A stretch of DNA of 64,000 nt from the human T2T-CHM13v2.0 reference genome, Homo sapiens (GCF_009914755.1 NC_060931.1); one strand, 5' to 3'; positions 34,439 to 51,752 are shown, counted from the first letter of the stretch. The notes: generated from the sequence alone by a model not told the origin. A program made the numbers and translations.

Positions 34439-34803
34439 TATTGTCTCTGTTTCTTAAACATCTCCAAAGTCCAAGGAAGCGTAAGTTTTTATCTTCACTG
34501 GCTTAATGCCCACATGGGTGCACAGTAGGCTTGGATTTCTGGGAATTTGTCCCTGTGGTACCAAGCGTTTGGCTATCTGTAAATAGTCACATCATTCATT
34601 CATTCATTCATTTGTTCATTCCCTCAAATAACAGGTAGACTCTATGCTGGGTGCTGGGGTACAGAGCTGTGAACAGGAGACTCTAGCTCAGAAGGAAGAC
34701 AGCGATGATGGAAGTGAGCCATGGACGGTTGGGAGGGCTCTGTGGAGGGAGGCCTCGTGCTTAGGAAGAAGGCGGATGGGTATCAGGAGCTGGTTGGTGT
34801 GGA

Positions 34804-35207
34804 TGTAACTGAAAAGAACCCAAATGAGAGAAGGCAAAGGCTCCTAATTCAGAGCTCGCTATAGCAAGGGAGTCGGCCACTGTCATTTGGCATTAGGCAG
34901 ACAGACTCAAAGGCAGGTAGAGGAAAGCTTTAGAGAGAAAAGGGAAGGCCCAGGTGTGCCCTGGTTGGAGGCTGGAGAGATCTCCCTGGAAACAGGGCTC
35001 CTATGAGGTTGGATAGAATGGAGCCTCACTGGCTTCCTCTACTTGGTCATGAATTGGAAGTGCGGGGAAAAATTTTTCAAGAAGCTGGTAGTTACTGATC
35101 TAGCCCTGGTGTTTGGTTTGACTTCCTCGGCTGGCGGCTGCAGGAGGTGGGTCAGAGTTCCATTGTCATACACGGGCCGAACACTGGTGTTTGCGTTCCA
35201 GTCTCAG
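34804..35207 (-). mobile_element. Old ERV1 LTR (MER90/MER110-like)
   Basis: tgtaactgaaaag...ctatagcaagggagtcggccac...cagtctca. Confidence 0.45.
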
Positions 35208-36057
35208 CCCTGAATGCCCAGCTCTGTTCCATCCTCAGAACGAGCCCTTATTTCCATGCATCCCATCTCTCATCGGGAAAGCTTTCTGCACACGGATTCA
35301 GGAGCTGAGTCTAGAAACAGAGGAGTTGTTTCCGGGAAAGGGTGGACCAGACAGAGGAATCAGCATCCTTGGCACAGGACCCAGGCATCCAGGGAATCTC
35401 GGGCAGCTGCAGGGAAGGGCGGGGCTTTGCACTTCAAGAGGGAGGGAAATGCGATGAGGTCAGAGAAGGGAGCAAGTGCTGGGGCATTAGGGACCCCATA
35501 TATCCCGGGAAAGTGGTATGAACCTTACCTGAGGAGTCATGGGGAGTCACTGGAGGGTTTTAAGCCAGGGCAAGCCATGATCTGAACAGAGTGCTGGAAG
35601 GATGGATGGGACTGTGTGGGGACAATGCGTTGTTGAAGGACCTTGAGAGGAGGTGGGAAAACCTGCGGTCCCAGTTGTCCAGCAAGAGTTGAGGCTCCTG
35701 AGTCACTGCAGGGTCAGTCAAGGTGAGTAGCTCCTGCTGGGCGACATAGATGCACCCTTGGGCTCCACACAACAGCCTGGGTGTCCCTGGAGGCAGCCTA
35801 CCCTCAAGATGTTTGGGGCCATGTCCTCCAGGCCTCCAACTTGCCCTGACCAATGTTTAAACCACATATCTCAGATTCAGCTGACATTGAACTCACAGAA
35901 CTCATGTGGCTAAAAGCAAGGGTGGGTTGAACCTGAAGACAGGTTGGGATGGCTCTTAACTGAGATGTTGCCATGTCATACTGTGCCTCATGAGCTTTAG
36001 TAGATGACCAGGGGAACTTGGCTGACCTCTGAGCATCTCCAATTTGGTATTGTGCAA

Positions 36058-36710
36058 AGGAATGAATGAGTTAATGAATTAGTGAGTGAAGGAGTGAATG
36101 AATTAATTAACAAACCAACAAATGAATGAGTATATGAATGAATTAACAAACCAACAAGTGAATGAATGAGTGAAGGAGTGAATTAATGAATTAACAAACC
36201 AATGAGTGAATGAATGAGTGAATGAATTAATGAATGAACAAACCAAGTGAAATAAATGAGCAAATGACTGACTGAACCAACAGTGAATGAATGAAGGAAG
36301 GAGTGAATAAACGATTGAGTGAATGGATGAACCAAGCCAATGGATGAACCAAGCAAATGAATGAACAAACTGAGTGAATGAATGAACAAACTGAGGGAAT
36401 GAATGAATGAGTGAATGAACAAACCAACAAGAGTGAATGAATGAATGGACAAACCAACAAATGAACGAATGAGTGAACAAATGGACAAACAAATGAATGA
36501 ACGAGTAAATGAATGAATGGACAAACAAATGAATGAATGAGTGAACAAATAGACAAACGAACAAATGAATGAATGAGTAAATGAATGAATGGACAAACAA
36601 CAAATGAATGAATGAGTCCATGAATCAGTGGACAAACTAACAAATGGATGAATGAGTGAAAGAATGAATGGACAAATCAACAAATGATGGATGAGTGAAT
36701 GAATGAGTAA
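36058..36710. repeat. Complex (GAAT)n array with interspersed ACAAAC units
   Basis: Directly visible, ~650 bp. Confidence 0.95.
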
Positions 36711-38015
36711 TACATCAAAGCTCCTGCATCCTACCAATGTGCTTGCTTATAAAACAAGGATGTAATTTAAGTTCCTAATGAGCCTTTGAGTGTGTTCCAT
36801 AATTAGGGAAGGCTCTGGCAGGCAGATGTGTGGGCCAATTGCTACTCAGAGAACAAACCACTTCTTTGTTGAGTTGATCCAGGATGGAGATTTACCAAAG
36901 TGAAAACTAATGAGATTCCACAGTCACCGGGTTTTATGTGCAAGCGTATAATACCGGTGTAATTATACGTGTGCATCCATAAATTGGACACAAAGCTGGA
37001 AAATGGGCTTCAGTGGCAAAGGCAAAAGAATGACAGAGCCATAAAAGATACACCATGCCCCAGCCGTGTGAAAGCCACCATGATGGAGCGTTTGTTTCCA
37101 AGGACTTAGCGATCTGGGGTCTCCTTTGTCATTCCCTAATCTTGTCCTTTCTTCTTAAGGTCAGGCAGTGCCCAAATCTTGGCGTTCTCCCAACGTCTGA
37201 ACTGCAAATGTCAGGGATTGCTCTGAGCTGGCGGGGAGTATTGCTTGCACTTTTTGTGGCTTCAAGCCATGTTGTTCGTTAATCACAGAGCTTAAAATCT
37301 GATCAGACAAGATCTCACTTTAGTCTTTCTAAGCTGGCAATTTTGCAGAATGCCCAGAGAATGACTGACATTCATTACATTAATTGTAAAACCCTTTAAC
37401 CACCCGTTCTATCTGCAAACAGAAGCTCTTGAGCAGGGAGGAATTGGCAGCAAGCCTGCTCCTCTCTCTAAGCCCAGTTTCTTTCTCTGTAAATGAGGGG
37501 TTTGGTATAGTTGCCCTGTTCGTAAATTACCCTAAACTTCGAAATCTCTGATTTACTCCCCAGGAGGTGACTTCTGTGGCAGTCTTGGGCCCACGCTGCA
37601 TGAACTAATCCAGAATTTGTGAAGAAGGCTGAGGAACAGGCCCAGGACATTTTGGCCACTCTGTGCTGAGATGACCCCGGGGAGGGAGCCATTCTGTTAT
37701 TCATTTGCCAAATCAGGTTCATTCAGCTACAAAGTCTCCAAGAAATCTGCACGCAAGGCTACCCCAAACACCATAGCCCATACCCAAAACAGATTCTCTC
37801 TCTAGTGTTTCAAAGGGCCCCCTAAAGTGCCAGATGCTATTATAGAGACTGAGGGTCACAGCAGCAAGATCATACTGCATCCACTGTCTTCTGGGATGGC
37901 TATGAAAAGGAACCAGCCTGGGGAAAGTCTCCGGGGGCTTCCAGGAGGAGGTGGGCTGGGGATAACCTCACCAACTGGGTGGGATTCAGTTGAACAGATA
38001 GAAAGAGTCAAGGCA

Positions 38016-38221
38016 TTTTTCCAACTCGGGTCTGTCAGTATGGCTCCTCCAAAGAAGGACCATTCTGCCATCAATGAGTTAGTGGTCCAAGAATGCACCC
38101 TCAACATTCACAAGCACAAGCACAAGCACGCTTTAAGAAGCGTGCCCCTTGGTCATGCAAAGAGATCTGGAAATTTGCCATGGAAGAGATGGGGACTCTA
38201 GATGTGCACGTTGATACCAGG
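38016..38221 (+). pseudogene. RPL31: RPL31 processed pseudogene fragment (5'UTR plus N-terminal half; deletions and frameshift)
   Basis: tttccaact..cagtATGGCTCC..AAAGAAGG, CATTCTGCCATCAATGA (RSAINE), TCAACATTCACAAG (NIHK), AAGAAGCGTGC, AAATTTGCCATG..GAGATGGG..GATGTGC..GATACCAGG (KFAM.EMGT.DV..DTR); intronless. Confidence 0.92.
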
Positions 38222-38224
38222 TAA

Positions 38225-38320
38225 AGAAAAACTGCAAAAAAATAGGAAGGGAAAAGGAAGGAAGGAAAAAAGGAAGGAGGGAAGGAAGGAAGGAAGGAAG
38301 GAAGGAAAAGAAAGAGAGCT
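38225..38320. repeat. GA-rich/(GGAA)n tract
   Basis: About 7 consecutive GGAA units from ~38280. Confidence 0.9.
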
Positions 38321-38358
38321 GAGGTATTTCAGGGAAGAAAAGCAACATAAGAAAAACA

Positions 38359-38670
<312 letters not shown>

Positions 38671-38817
38671 AGTTGGCAACTGACAGAGGCCCAGGGCCCT
38701 CTATGCCTGTGTTCCCAGCTGAAACACAGAGGGCTCCCTTAAATACACAAGTTACAGCCATCTCAAAAAAAAAAAAAAAAAAAGAGAGAGAGAGACAGAG
38801 AAAAGAAAAGAAAAAAA

Positions 38818-39380
38818 TCAGCCTTGCTCAAAGAGAGGTCTAGCCTTTGCCATCAGCTCTTGGGAAGGGATCTCTAAGCCCTTGGAATGTCCTGTGTCAT
38901 AAGTGTCTGTTTACCTGGGGGCCTAGGGCCACACCAGATAATCTAAAAACGTGATTTAGGGTAGGAGCTTTGGGCCCCTGCAGTATCAGCTCTGTGAAGA
39001 GGCTGGAAAACGAGGTCAGCCACATGGACCATCAGCTACGTCTCAGTGACCAAGTCCTAATAAAAGCTGAACGCCAAGGCTCTGCCAAGCTTCCTGGTGG
39101 CCAAGGTCCCATGTGGGTTGTCACACATCATTGCTGGGGACATTTAGTGCTGCCCACAACTCTACTGGTGGAGAACAACTGGAAGCTCTGCTGGAAACTT
39201 CCCAGACTCCGTCTCATGAGTCTTTTCCCTGGGCTGATTTTAATCTGTATCCTATGCTGTAATAAACCGTAACCATGAGCATAACGGCTTTCAGTGCATT
39301 CTGTGAGTCCTTCTAGCACATTGTTCAACCTGAGAGTTGTCTTGGGGACCCCTGAACTTGGAGTTGGTGTCAGAAGTGAG
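38818..39380 (+). mobile_element. MER21-group (MER77-like) ERVL LTR
   Basis: aaagagaggtctagcctttgcc...taataaaccgtaaccatgag...ttctgtgagtccttctagc. Confidence 0.7.
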
Positions 39381-39386
39381 AGCAGT

Positions 39387-39753
39387 TGTTTTAGTTCATT
39401 TTCATGCTGCTAATAGACATACTGGAGACTGGGTAATTTATACAGAAAAAGGTTTAATGGATTCAGAGTTCCACGTGTCTGGGGAGGCCTCACAATCATG
39501 GCGGAAGGTGAAAGGCACGTCTTACATGGCAGCAGACAAGAGAGAAGTGAAGACCAAGCAAAAGGCATTTCCCATGATAAAACCATCAGATCTCATGAGA
39601 CCTATTCACTACCACAGAACAGTATGGGGGAAACCACCCCCATGATTCAATTGATTCAATTTTCTCCCACTGGGTCCCTCCCACAACATGTGGGAATTAT
39701 GAGAGCTACAATTCAAGATGAGACTTGGGTGGGGACACAGCCAAACCACATCA
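39387..39753 (-). mobile_element. THE1 (C-like) solo LTR
   Basis: ggaggcctcacaatcatggcggaagg...ggggacacagccaaaccacatca. Confidence 0.92.
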
Positions 39754-39966
39754 GCCTTCTTACAGATTGCTCCCCTAACTTCACAAATGACCTTCCCCAC
39801 AAAGCACACACCTGCCACCTGCCACCTGCCTGAGGAACACACCAGGAGGGACCCGGGAGGATCCCTGGCTGGTCTTTTCCAACAATTCCTCTTCTTCAGG
39901 GGTTCAGGTGCTGCCACTGGGACTCCCCTCACAGGAAACGCCAACTTCCCTGTTTCTTTTTTTTAA

Positions 39967-40270
<304 letters not shown>

Positions 40271-40332
40271 TCCAACTTCCCTGTTTCAATGCCAACAAAC
40301 AGACGCATGTCTGCTTCATAAAGTTATGAACT

Positions 40333-40637
<305 letters not shown>

Positions 40638-40757
40638 AGTAAGTTATGAACCCATCTTTGGGACATGGCCCTTTAAGCCTTCACTCTGGTACTCTGGTTA
40701 GTTTCTTGCTTCTCCTTCCCAGTCTCCTGCCTGGGGAGCATTTCCAGGTGCCATTGA

Positions 40758-41387
<630 letters not shown>

Positions 41388-41795
41388 TAATGTATTGGGA
41401 GAACTGTAGATAGCAAACAATTGTGTGTATCTGTTGGTTTGTTTTCCACATCTGGTCACCAGGCCAAAGAGATGTAATTAATTTTTTGGTTCCAAAGAGA
41501 CAATTCCACCAGTGATACGCATCTTTAATTAGCCCAACTCGACAACTGTGCTCCAGTACTTTATTTCAGGGAGCTCAATGCTGACACATTCATGGAAGAT
41601 GGTGCCAGACTCTGGGGTAAGAATAACTGTGATTGTAAAGGCTGAAATTAAAGCAGTTGCTTCAACAAGATAAGCACAGGGTTTTCATTCTAGAAGTGAT
41701 TTGATCAGTTGTGTGTCTAAGAGAGAAATGCAAATGGGTGAACAACGAAGCTGAATTCATTAGGAAGAAAGAGCGGGAAGAGAAAAGGGTTTTAG

Positions 41796-42231
<436 letters not shown>

Positions 42232-42311
42232 CTATTTTAAGAAACTGTAGTCCTGTAGCAGAGCTGTCTGAGCAGCCTCTGACTCAGTTTCTCTGTTGTT
42301 CTCTTGTCTCT

Positions 42312-43206
<895 letters not shown>

Positions 43207-43366
43207 GTGTTCCCTGGGTGCACCGTGGGTACAGGGTAACCACACAGCTCCTGGCTGTGTCTCTCTGAGACTGACAAGACCAGGCAGGGGCATCAACAAG
43301 GGGTCAGACCAACTTCTGCAGTAAGCCTGTGGGTCCTGAGAGGTGAGCCCTGTAGGACCAAGAGGA

Positions 43367-43862
43367 CAGGGGTCTCCAACCCCCAGAAATTGTGCCACAT
43401 AGCAGATGAGTGGCAGGTGAGCCAGCAAAGCTTCATCTGTATTTACAGCTGCTCCCCATTGCTCACACTACCACCCTAGCTCCACCTCCTGTCAGATCAG
43501 CTGAGGCATTAGATTCTCATAGGAGCACAAACCCTATTGTGAACTGCACACTTGAGGGATGTAGGTTGCACACTCCTCATGAGAATCTAATGCCTGATGA
43601 TCTGTCACTGTCTCCCATCACCCCTAGATGGGAACACATAGTTGCAGGGAAACAAGCTCAGGACTTCCACTGATTCTACATTATGATGAGTTGCATAATT
43701 ATTTTATTAGATATCACAATGTAATAATAATAGAAATAAAGGGCGCAATAAATGCAATGCACTTGAATCTTCCTGACACTATCCCTGCCCCAACCACTCC
43801 ATCCTGAAAAAATTGTCTTCCATGAAACTGGTCCCCAGTGCCAAAAAGTTTGGCAACCACTG
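43367..43862 (+). mobile_element. MER1A (hAT-Charlie MITE)
   Basis: TIR-like ends caggggtctccaac / tttggcaaccactg; 8-bp TSD caagagga/caatagga; internal gcattagattctcat...atgagaatctaatgc inverted repeat. Confidence 0.92.
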
Positions 43863-43928
43863 CAATAGGAGAAATCTGCATTCATAATCAAAAGTTGCAC
43901 AGTGAAGTGTAAAGAAGCAGACAGGTCA

Positions 43929-44259
<331 letters not shown>

Positions 44260-44735
44260 TCAGTTTTCAAAGCATAGCCCTGCTATTTGCCAGCCTTGTG
44301 AAATACGACTTAACCCCTGTGTGCCGTAGCTACTGCAACCATAAGAGGGGGACCATAAAGGAACCCAAATGGGTCATTAGGAGGATTAAGTCAGATAATG
44401 CATATACAGTGCTTGGCATGCAATAAGTGAAATCAATGTTAATAGTCAATGTTGATTGGCCAAATAAATAGAAGAAGTCCTTAATGCTGTGACTATTTTT
44501 GACTGTGATGGACGTCTTTGCTTATCAACTCTTAGGATAATACTCAATATGTGGGCCTGGGCTGTATTTTTTTTAATGGCTTTTCTGAAAAGGTGGCAAT
44601 GAAGCTGGGCCAGGATAGATGAGAAGGAGCTTTCCAGGTGAATGCCACTGAGGGGAAGATCTGTCTTTATCTGCACCTTGATCACAGTGTTGTGTTGCTC
44701 AAACACCTGCCATGATTCACTGTTTCCTGCCATAA

Positions 44736-45071
<336 letters not shown>

Positions 45072-45559
45072 CCAAGCCTGTGCAATTTGTTCCTACATCT
45101 GTCTGTGATATTCCCACAGCTGGAAACACCACCCCCGACCCGCACTCCTAAGCCAACATTGTCATCTTTCCAAATGCATAAATCCCTCTCACTTCACCTT
45201 ACAAGGCTGAAGGAGTCCATCCATCCCTGTTTTCATACTCACACATCCTCCTCCCATTGGATTGCTGCTGTCTGCTACAGGTCCCTCTTACCCACCACCT
45301 TGGGAGTTCCTGGAGGCAGGACCTCAGAACTCTAGCAGACAGCCTTGTACATGTTGAAATCAATGTTAATAGTCAACGTTGGTTGACCAAATAAATGAAG
45401 TCCTTAACTCAGTCTTTTATTCGTTATGGGTAAGTGACTTAACTTTTCTGAGTCTGAATTTCCTCGTTGGGAAAAAAAATAGATAAAATATCTCTTAGGG
45501 ACTATATGAAGGATGAAATTATATGAGATCACACCTGTAATGTATAAGATCCATTGTAA

Positions 45560-45840
45560 GGGCTGGGTGTGGTGGCTCACACATATAATACCAGCACTTT
45601 GGGAGGCTGAGATGGGTGGATCACTTGAGGCCAGGACTAGCCTGGCCAACATGGTGAAATCCCATGTCTACTAAAAATACAAAAATTAGCCAGGTGTGGT
45701 GGCCCATGCCTGTAATCCCAGCTACTCAGGAGGCTGAGAGACTCACTTGAACCTGGGAGGCAGAGGTTGCAGTGAGGTGAGATCGCACCACTGCACTCCA
45801 GCCTGGAGTAAAACTCTGTCTCAGAAAAAAAAAAAAAAAG
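45560..45840 (+). mobile_element. AluS inserted in a MIR
   Basis: TSD tccattgta. Confidence 0.92.
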
Positions 45841-45929
45841 AAATTCCATTGTAGGGGTTCAGTAATATATGGTCCTCTTGACTTCCCTAGGCAACATAAG
45901 TTATCTGGAAGCAAGCCCCATGTTCTCCT

Positions 45930-46745
45930 AATGCTTCTTTTAAATTTTATTAAGGTATAATTTATATGCAATAAAATGCACACGATTTTGTTTGATGAGT
46001 TTTGACTGTGTATACAGTCAAGATACAGAACACTTTCATCACTGCAAAATGTCCCATTATTTTCTTCCTTCCCAGTCAAAACACACTCCTCTCTCCAGGC
46101 TGCTGACAACCATTGATTTGCTTTCTATCAAAATAGAGTAGATTTCTCTTTCCTAGAGTTTTATGAAAATGGAATCATACTGTAGGTACTCCTATGGCAC
46201 TGGCTTCTTTCTTTCACCATAAGGTTTTTGAATTTTAAAATTCAGCTGTATTATTGCATTTCTTTTTAAGACTGAGTGGTGTTTCATTTTATGGATCTAT
46301 TATAATTTGTTCATTCATTCACTTGTTGATGGACATTTGAATTGTTTCTGGCTTGGACTATTATGATTAAAGCTTCTATGAACATTCATGTACAAGTCTT
46401 TGTGTGGGCATACATTTTCATTTCATTGGGTAAATATCTAGGAATGCAATCAATGAGTTGGGTGGTAAGTGTACACCTAACTTTACAAGAGACTTCCAAA
46501 CTGTTTTCCAAAGTGGTAGTACCATCTTATGCTCTGACTGACAACACATGAAAAATCTGGTTGCTCCAGATCCTTGCCAACATTTGATGTTATCAGTCTT
46601 TTAAGTTTTAGCCATTAGAATAAGCACATAGTAGTATCTCATTGTGGTTTTAATTTGCAATTCCTTCATAATTAATGATGTTGACCATCTTTTCATGTGC
46701 CTATCAGCCATTCATGCATTTGCTTTTGCGAAGGGTCCATTCATA
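45930..46745 (-). mobile_element. Old L1 (L1ME/L1MC-like) 3' region
   Basis: ttgatggacatttg, tatgaacattcatgtacaagtctttgtgtgg, gtatctcattgtggttttaatttgca. Confidence 0.85.
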
Positions 46746-46812
46746 ACTTTTGGCTAACCTTAATGCTTTTGAAGCCTGCTTTCTACATTTTTAATAAGAA
46801 GGACCCGATAAT

Positions 46813-46989
46813 CACTTTCCCAGCTTCCCTTGCAACTAGCCTGCAGTCATGCGGTCTAGTCTTGACCAATCAGATCCTCCAAGTCTGCCTTCCACATTTA
46901 ATAAAAAGTGCCTGACAGTCATTTTCCCATCTTCCTTTGCAACTAGCCTATAGTCACATGACCTAGTCTTGACCAATCAGATGCTCCAA
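46813..46989. repeat. Two copies of a ~70-bp LTR33-like segment, 107-bp period
   Basis: tgcaactagcct...ctagtcttgaccaatcagat repeated. Confidence 0.85.
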
Positions 46990-47808
46990 TCCAATCTTCA
47001 AATTGGTAGCTTGTGATTGAAACAAGTAGGGTCAGCAGAGACCATCTGGGCACTGGTAGGAGCCATAGCCACTGTAAGAGTAAATCCATATAAAATGTTG
47101 ACGTGAAGGCCAGCCCTCTGGATTTCTTGAGTCCAAAAGCAGCAGGGGCCTCACCAAGTAACTTCTTTTCCTGCTAACCTCAGCTAAGTCCATCAAGTCT
47201 GTGTCTCACAATCAGGAAGACTAATTTGTTGATCCGACCATGTGGAGACTTGAACCTGTCAAATTTTCAGTGTACTGTGGGTGCCCAAGGCTGTGATTTT
47301 CTTGGTCAGAAACTTCACCTATCTCCAATGAGAACCGATGAATTGGCAGCCTGCTTGTCTTCGCAAGCTTGGCTCTCTTTCAACTTCTTTGCCTAAGGGC
47401 TGGACGATAAAAGGCAGGGCTGAAAATAAAATCGTATGATTGCCTTTTTTAAAGAGGGCTGAATTCCAAGGCATGGATCTCTGCCGTCATTTGCATTTGG
47501 ATTGGGGATATCAATGCAGTATGATAAGTATTTATTTTAAAAAATCTGATAGCATGCAAATACATTTTCCTATTTCCCAGCTCCTTTCTCCTTCCCTAAC
47601 CTTTGCACCCCTGACAAAAACAAGCAAACAAAAGCTCACCCGCTGTAAATGCAGCTGTGGATTTCTCAAAGACATGTCCTTTGGAAATTGCTAGAAGTTT
47701 CAAAGTTATATCGCCCTTGGCATTGTGCCTTGAGTACATACGGGACAGTGATGGGTGGGTTCAGGTTTTGTGGGATATGAAACAGGTGATTTGGCAGACT
47801 CCCCTTAA

Positions 47809-48249
<441 letters not shown>

Positions 48250-48311
48250 TGATATTTTTCAAATATCAGCAGCAACCTAGATTCAGATGAGAGACCAAAA
48301 CCAAGGTTCAT

Positions 48312-48757
<446 letters not shown>

Positions 48758-49513
48758 TGAACAGCTGTGTTGTCTGCCATCGCTGAACAGATTCAACATC
48801 TGGAGCAAATGAGGCTGTCAGTTTCACTAACCAACAGCCTTCTGTCACTGATCTACCATTAGGCAAAACTGCCACCAGTTAGGCAGAGCTAACAGTTAGT
48901 TTCCTCAGCCACCATTAAGCAAAACTGACAGTTTCCTCCTGTCCTCCTGTCGCTGGGCTATAATCAGGTACAACTGCCACCAGTGCTCTGAGCTTCCTCA
49001 GCTTTGGCCTGATGTCCAAACAACAAAATGTACCCTTGGCTTAGTGGATCAGAGGACAGGGAATTCCACGCTTTGTGTTCGGGAGTAAATAAAAGATACG
49101 TAGTCATAACATGCGTGAACCCAGCTAGAAGAGACACAGTTACTTCAATTCACTCTCTGCCCAGATGCCTCTGTCTAACCCTCCCTAGTGATTTTTTGGG
49201 ATAGGGTCAGCAGGCCTCTCTTAGGCTCCTCCATCATCACCTCCTTGTTGCAGAATGAGTTTTTCCTATACAGAAAGGCTGGACTGTGCAATGTCAGGAG
49301 GCTGGAGCTCTACAGAGGATGCTGCCAAAACTGTAGAGAGCAGGAGCGGCTGAATGTAGGTGGGGCTACACCACCACTGTGGACCACAGTGCGCTGTGAG
49401 AAGCAGTGGGTTGAGCTTTTCCAGATGACTGACTTACTTTCTGTGACTTAGCATTAAGTGAAAAAAGGTGGAATCAGAGGAGTATAAGCAAGATCTTGTA
49501 TTTAGAAATTGTG

Positions 49514-49665
49514 CCAGCTACTTGGGAGGCTGAGGTGGGACGACAGCCTGAGCCTCGGAGGTCAAGGTGCAGTGAGCCATGATCGTGCCACTGCACTCCA
49601 GCCTGGGTGACAGAATGAGACCCTGTCTCAAAAAAAAAAAAGAAAAAAGGGAAAGAAAGAGAGAG

Positions 49666-49720
<55 letters not shown>

Positions 49721-49885
49721 GAAAGAAAGAAAGGGAAAGAAAGAAAAAGAAAAAGGAGGGAGGGAGGGAGGAAGGAAGGAAAAAGAAAACAAAGGGAAGA
49801 AAAAGAAGGAAAGAAAGGAGAAAGAGAGAAGAAAGAAAAGAGAGAAAGAAAGAAAGAGAAAAAGAAAGAAAGAAAGAAAAAGAAA
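49514..49885 (+). mobile_element. AluJ right-arm fragment with a long (GAAA)n tail
   Basis: ccagctacttgggagg...ccctgtctc plus ~250 bp of purines. Confidence 0.9.
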
Positions 49886-49911
49886 TTTTGTATATAGCCA
49901 TATATATAGTT

Positions 49912-50440
49912 ACGGTGAGGCAGAACCTATGTCCCAAAGATGGTTGCAACAATATCTCCCGCCCCACAAGCTCTTCTGCAGTGTGACCTTGACACTCTCC
50001 CCTCAGGGCTGGGGTCTAATTCCTTGCCCTTGAATCTTGCCGTATGATTCACCTTTAACCAATAGAATGCAAAGAAAACGGTCCTGCATGACTGCGAGAC
50101 TCTCGAAACTCTTCCTCTCTGGAGGGCTCCTCCTGGGACCTTGTCTTGAGCAAGTTACCCGCCATGCTCTGAGGATGCCCAAGCCACATGGAGAGGCCAT
50201 GCTTATGCATTCCAGGCCACAGTTCCAGCAGAGGCCAGGCTTCCAGGCACCTAGACAGTAGAACTGGGAGTGGAACAGCCCCCAGATGATCCCAGTCTTC
50301 CCAGCTGAGATTCCAGACACGTGGAACAAAGACTGTGCCTTTCCTGAATTCCAGACCCACAGAAGCCATGAACCTACTAAAATGATTGTGATTCATGCCA
50401 CTACCCTTGGGGTGGTGAGTTATGTAGCAATGGATACGTA
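49912..50440 (+). mobile_element. MLT1 (F/G/H-like) LTR
   Basis: gcccaagccacatggagaggcc...ctgaattccagacccacagaa...tatgtagcaatggata. Confidence 0.75.
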
Positions 50441-51264
50441 CATCTTCCACCTCCTCCAGGAAGCCTCCCTGGCTGCACCCATCCCTGGGATCACCCTCTC
50501 CTACAAGGTCATGGCACCTCTTGGCCACAGCCCTCATTCCTCCCTTCATGATTATGTAGATATGTCGTGGCATGTTTGTTTAACATAACAGGAGTACAGA
50601 GAAAATGGACAGAGTCATATCCCAGGCTGACATTGGCCAGAAGGGAGTGATGGGGAAAGGAAAGAAAGAGAGAGAGAAAGAGGGAGGGAGAGTGGGGAGA
50701 GAGGAGGGGAAGGAAGGAAGAGAAGGAATGGGGGAAGGAGGCAGAGGCAAGACAAACAAAAAAAATTTCCATAATATAATGTGCTTGTATAATGGGATCC
50801 TATTTATGAACCTGTGTGTATATGCATGTGTGTGTAAATGCTTAAATAGACGCTTGAAAAGATGGTCCCAAAATGTTAGTGGTGACATTTAGGTGTCTTT
50901 TCTTCTTTATAATTTTCTATGTTGTTGCAATTACTTTTACAATGAGCATGTATTTTTACATCATCAGAAAGCAGAGAAAAGCTATTTTCATTGAAAAAAA
51001 ATTTTTTTTTGTCTTTAAAGCATCTCTGGCTGACGACAGTGCGGCACTGCATGACTCAGATGTCCCCTCTTGGGTTCCTGGCTCCTAAAGCCTCTGGCAT
51101 GTTGAGACCTTTGAGTTACTGAATTTTTCCTGGATGGGGGCTTCCAGCATGGTTTTCTGGGACTCTTCAGTGACCTCCAGGGATGTGGCCTGCTAGGGCG
51201 GCCTCCACCTCACCCATAGCACTGCCTCTCAGGGGATTCTCTGTAAGTCTGGGAGTTTCCCTGA

Positions 51265-51737
<473 letters not shown>

Positions 51738-51752
51738 TAAAAACAACTTTGA

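Noticed and set aside
36058-36710. Possible CRISPR-like repeat-spacer array
   Set aside because: Eukaryotic low-complexity satellite with no constant repeat, no unique spacers and no cas genes.
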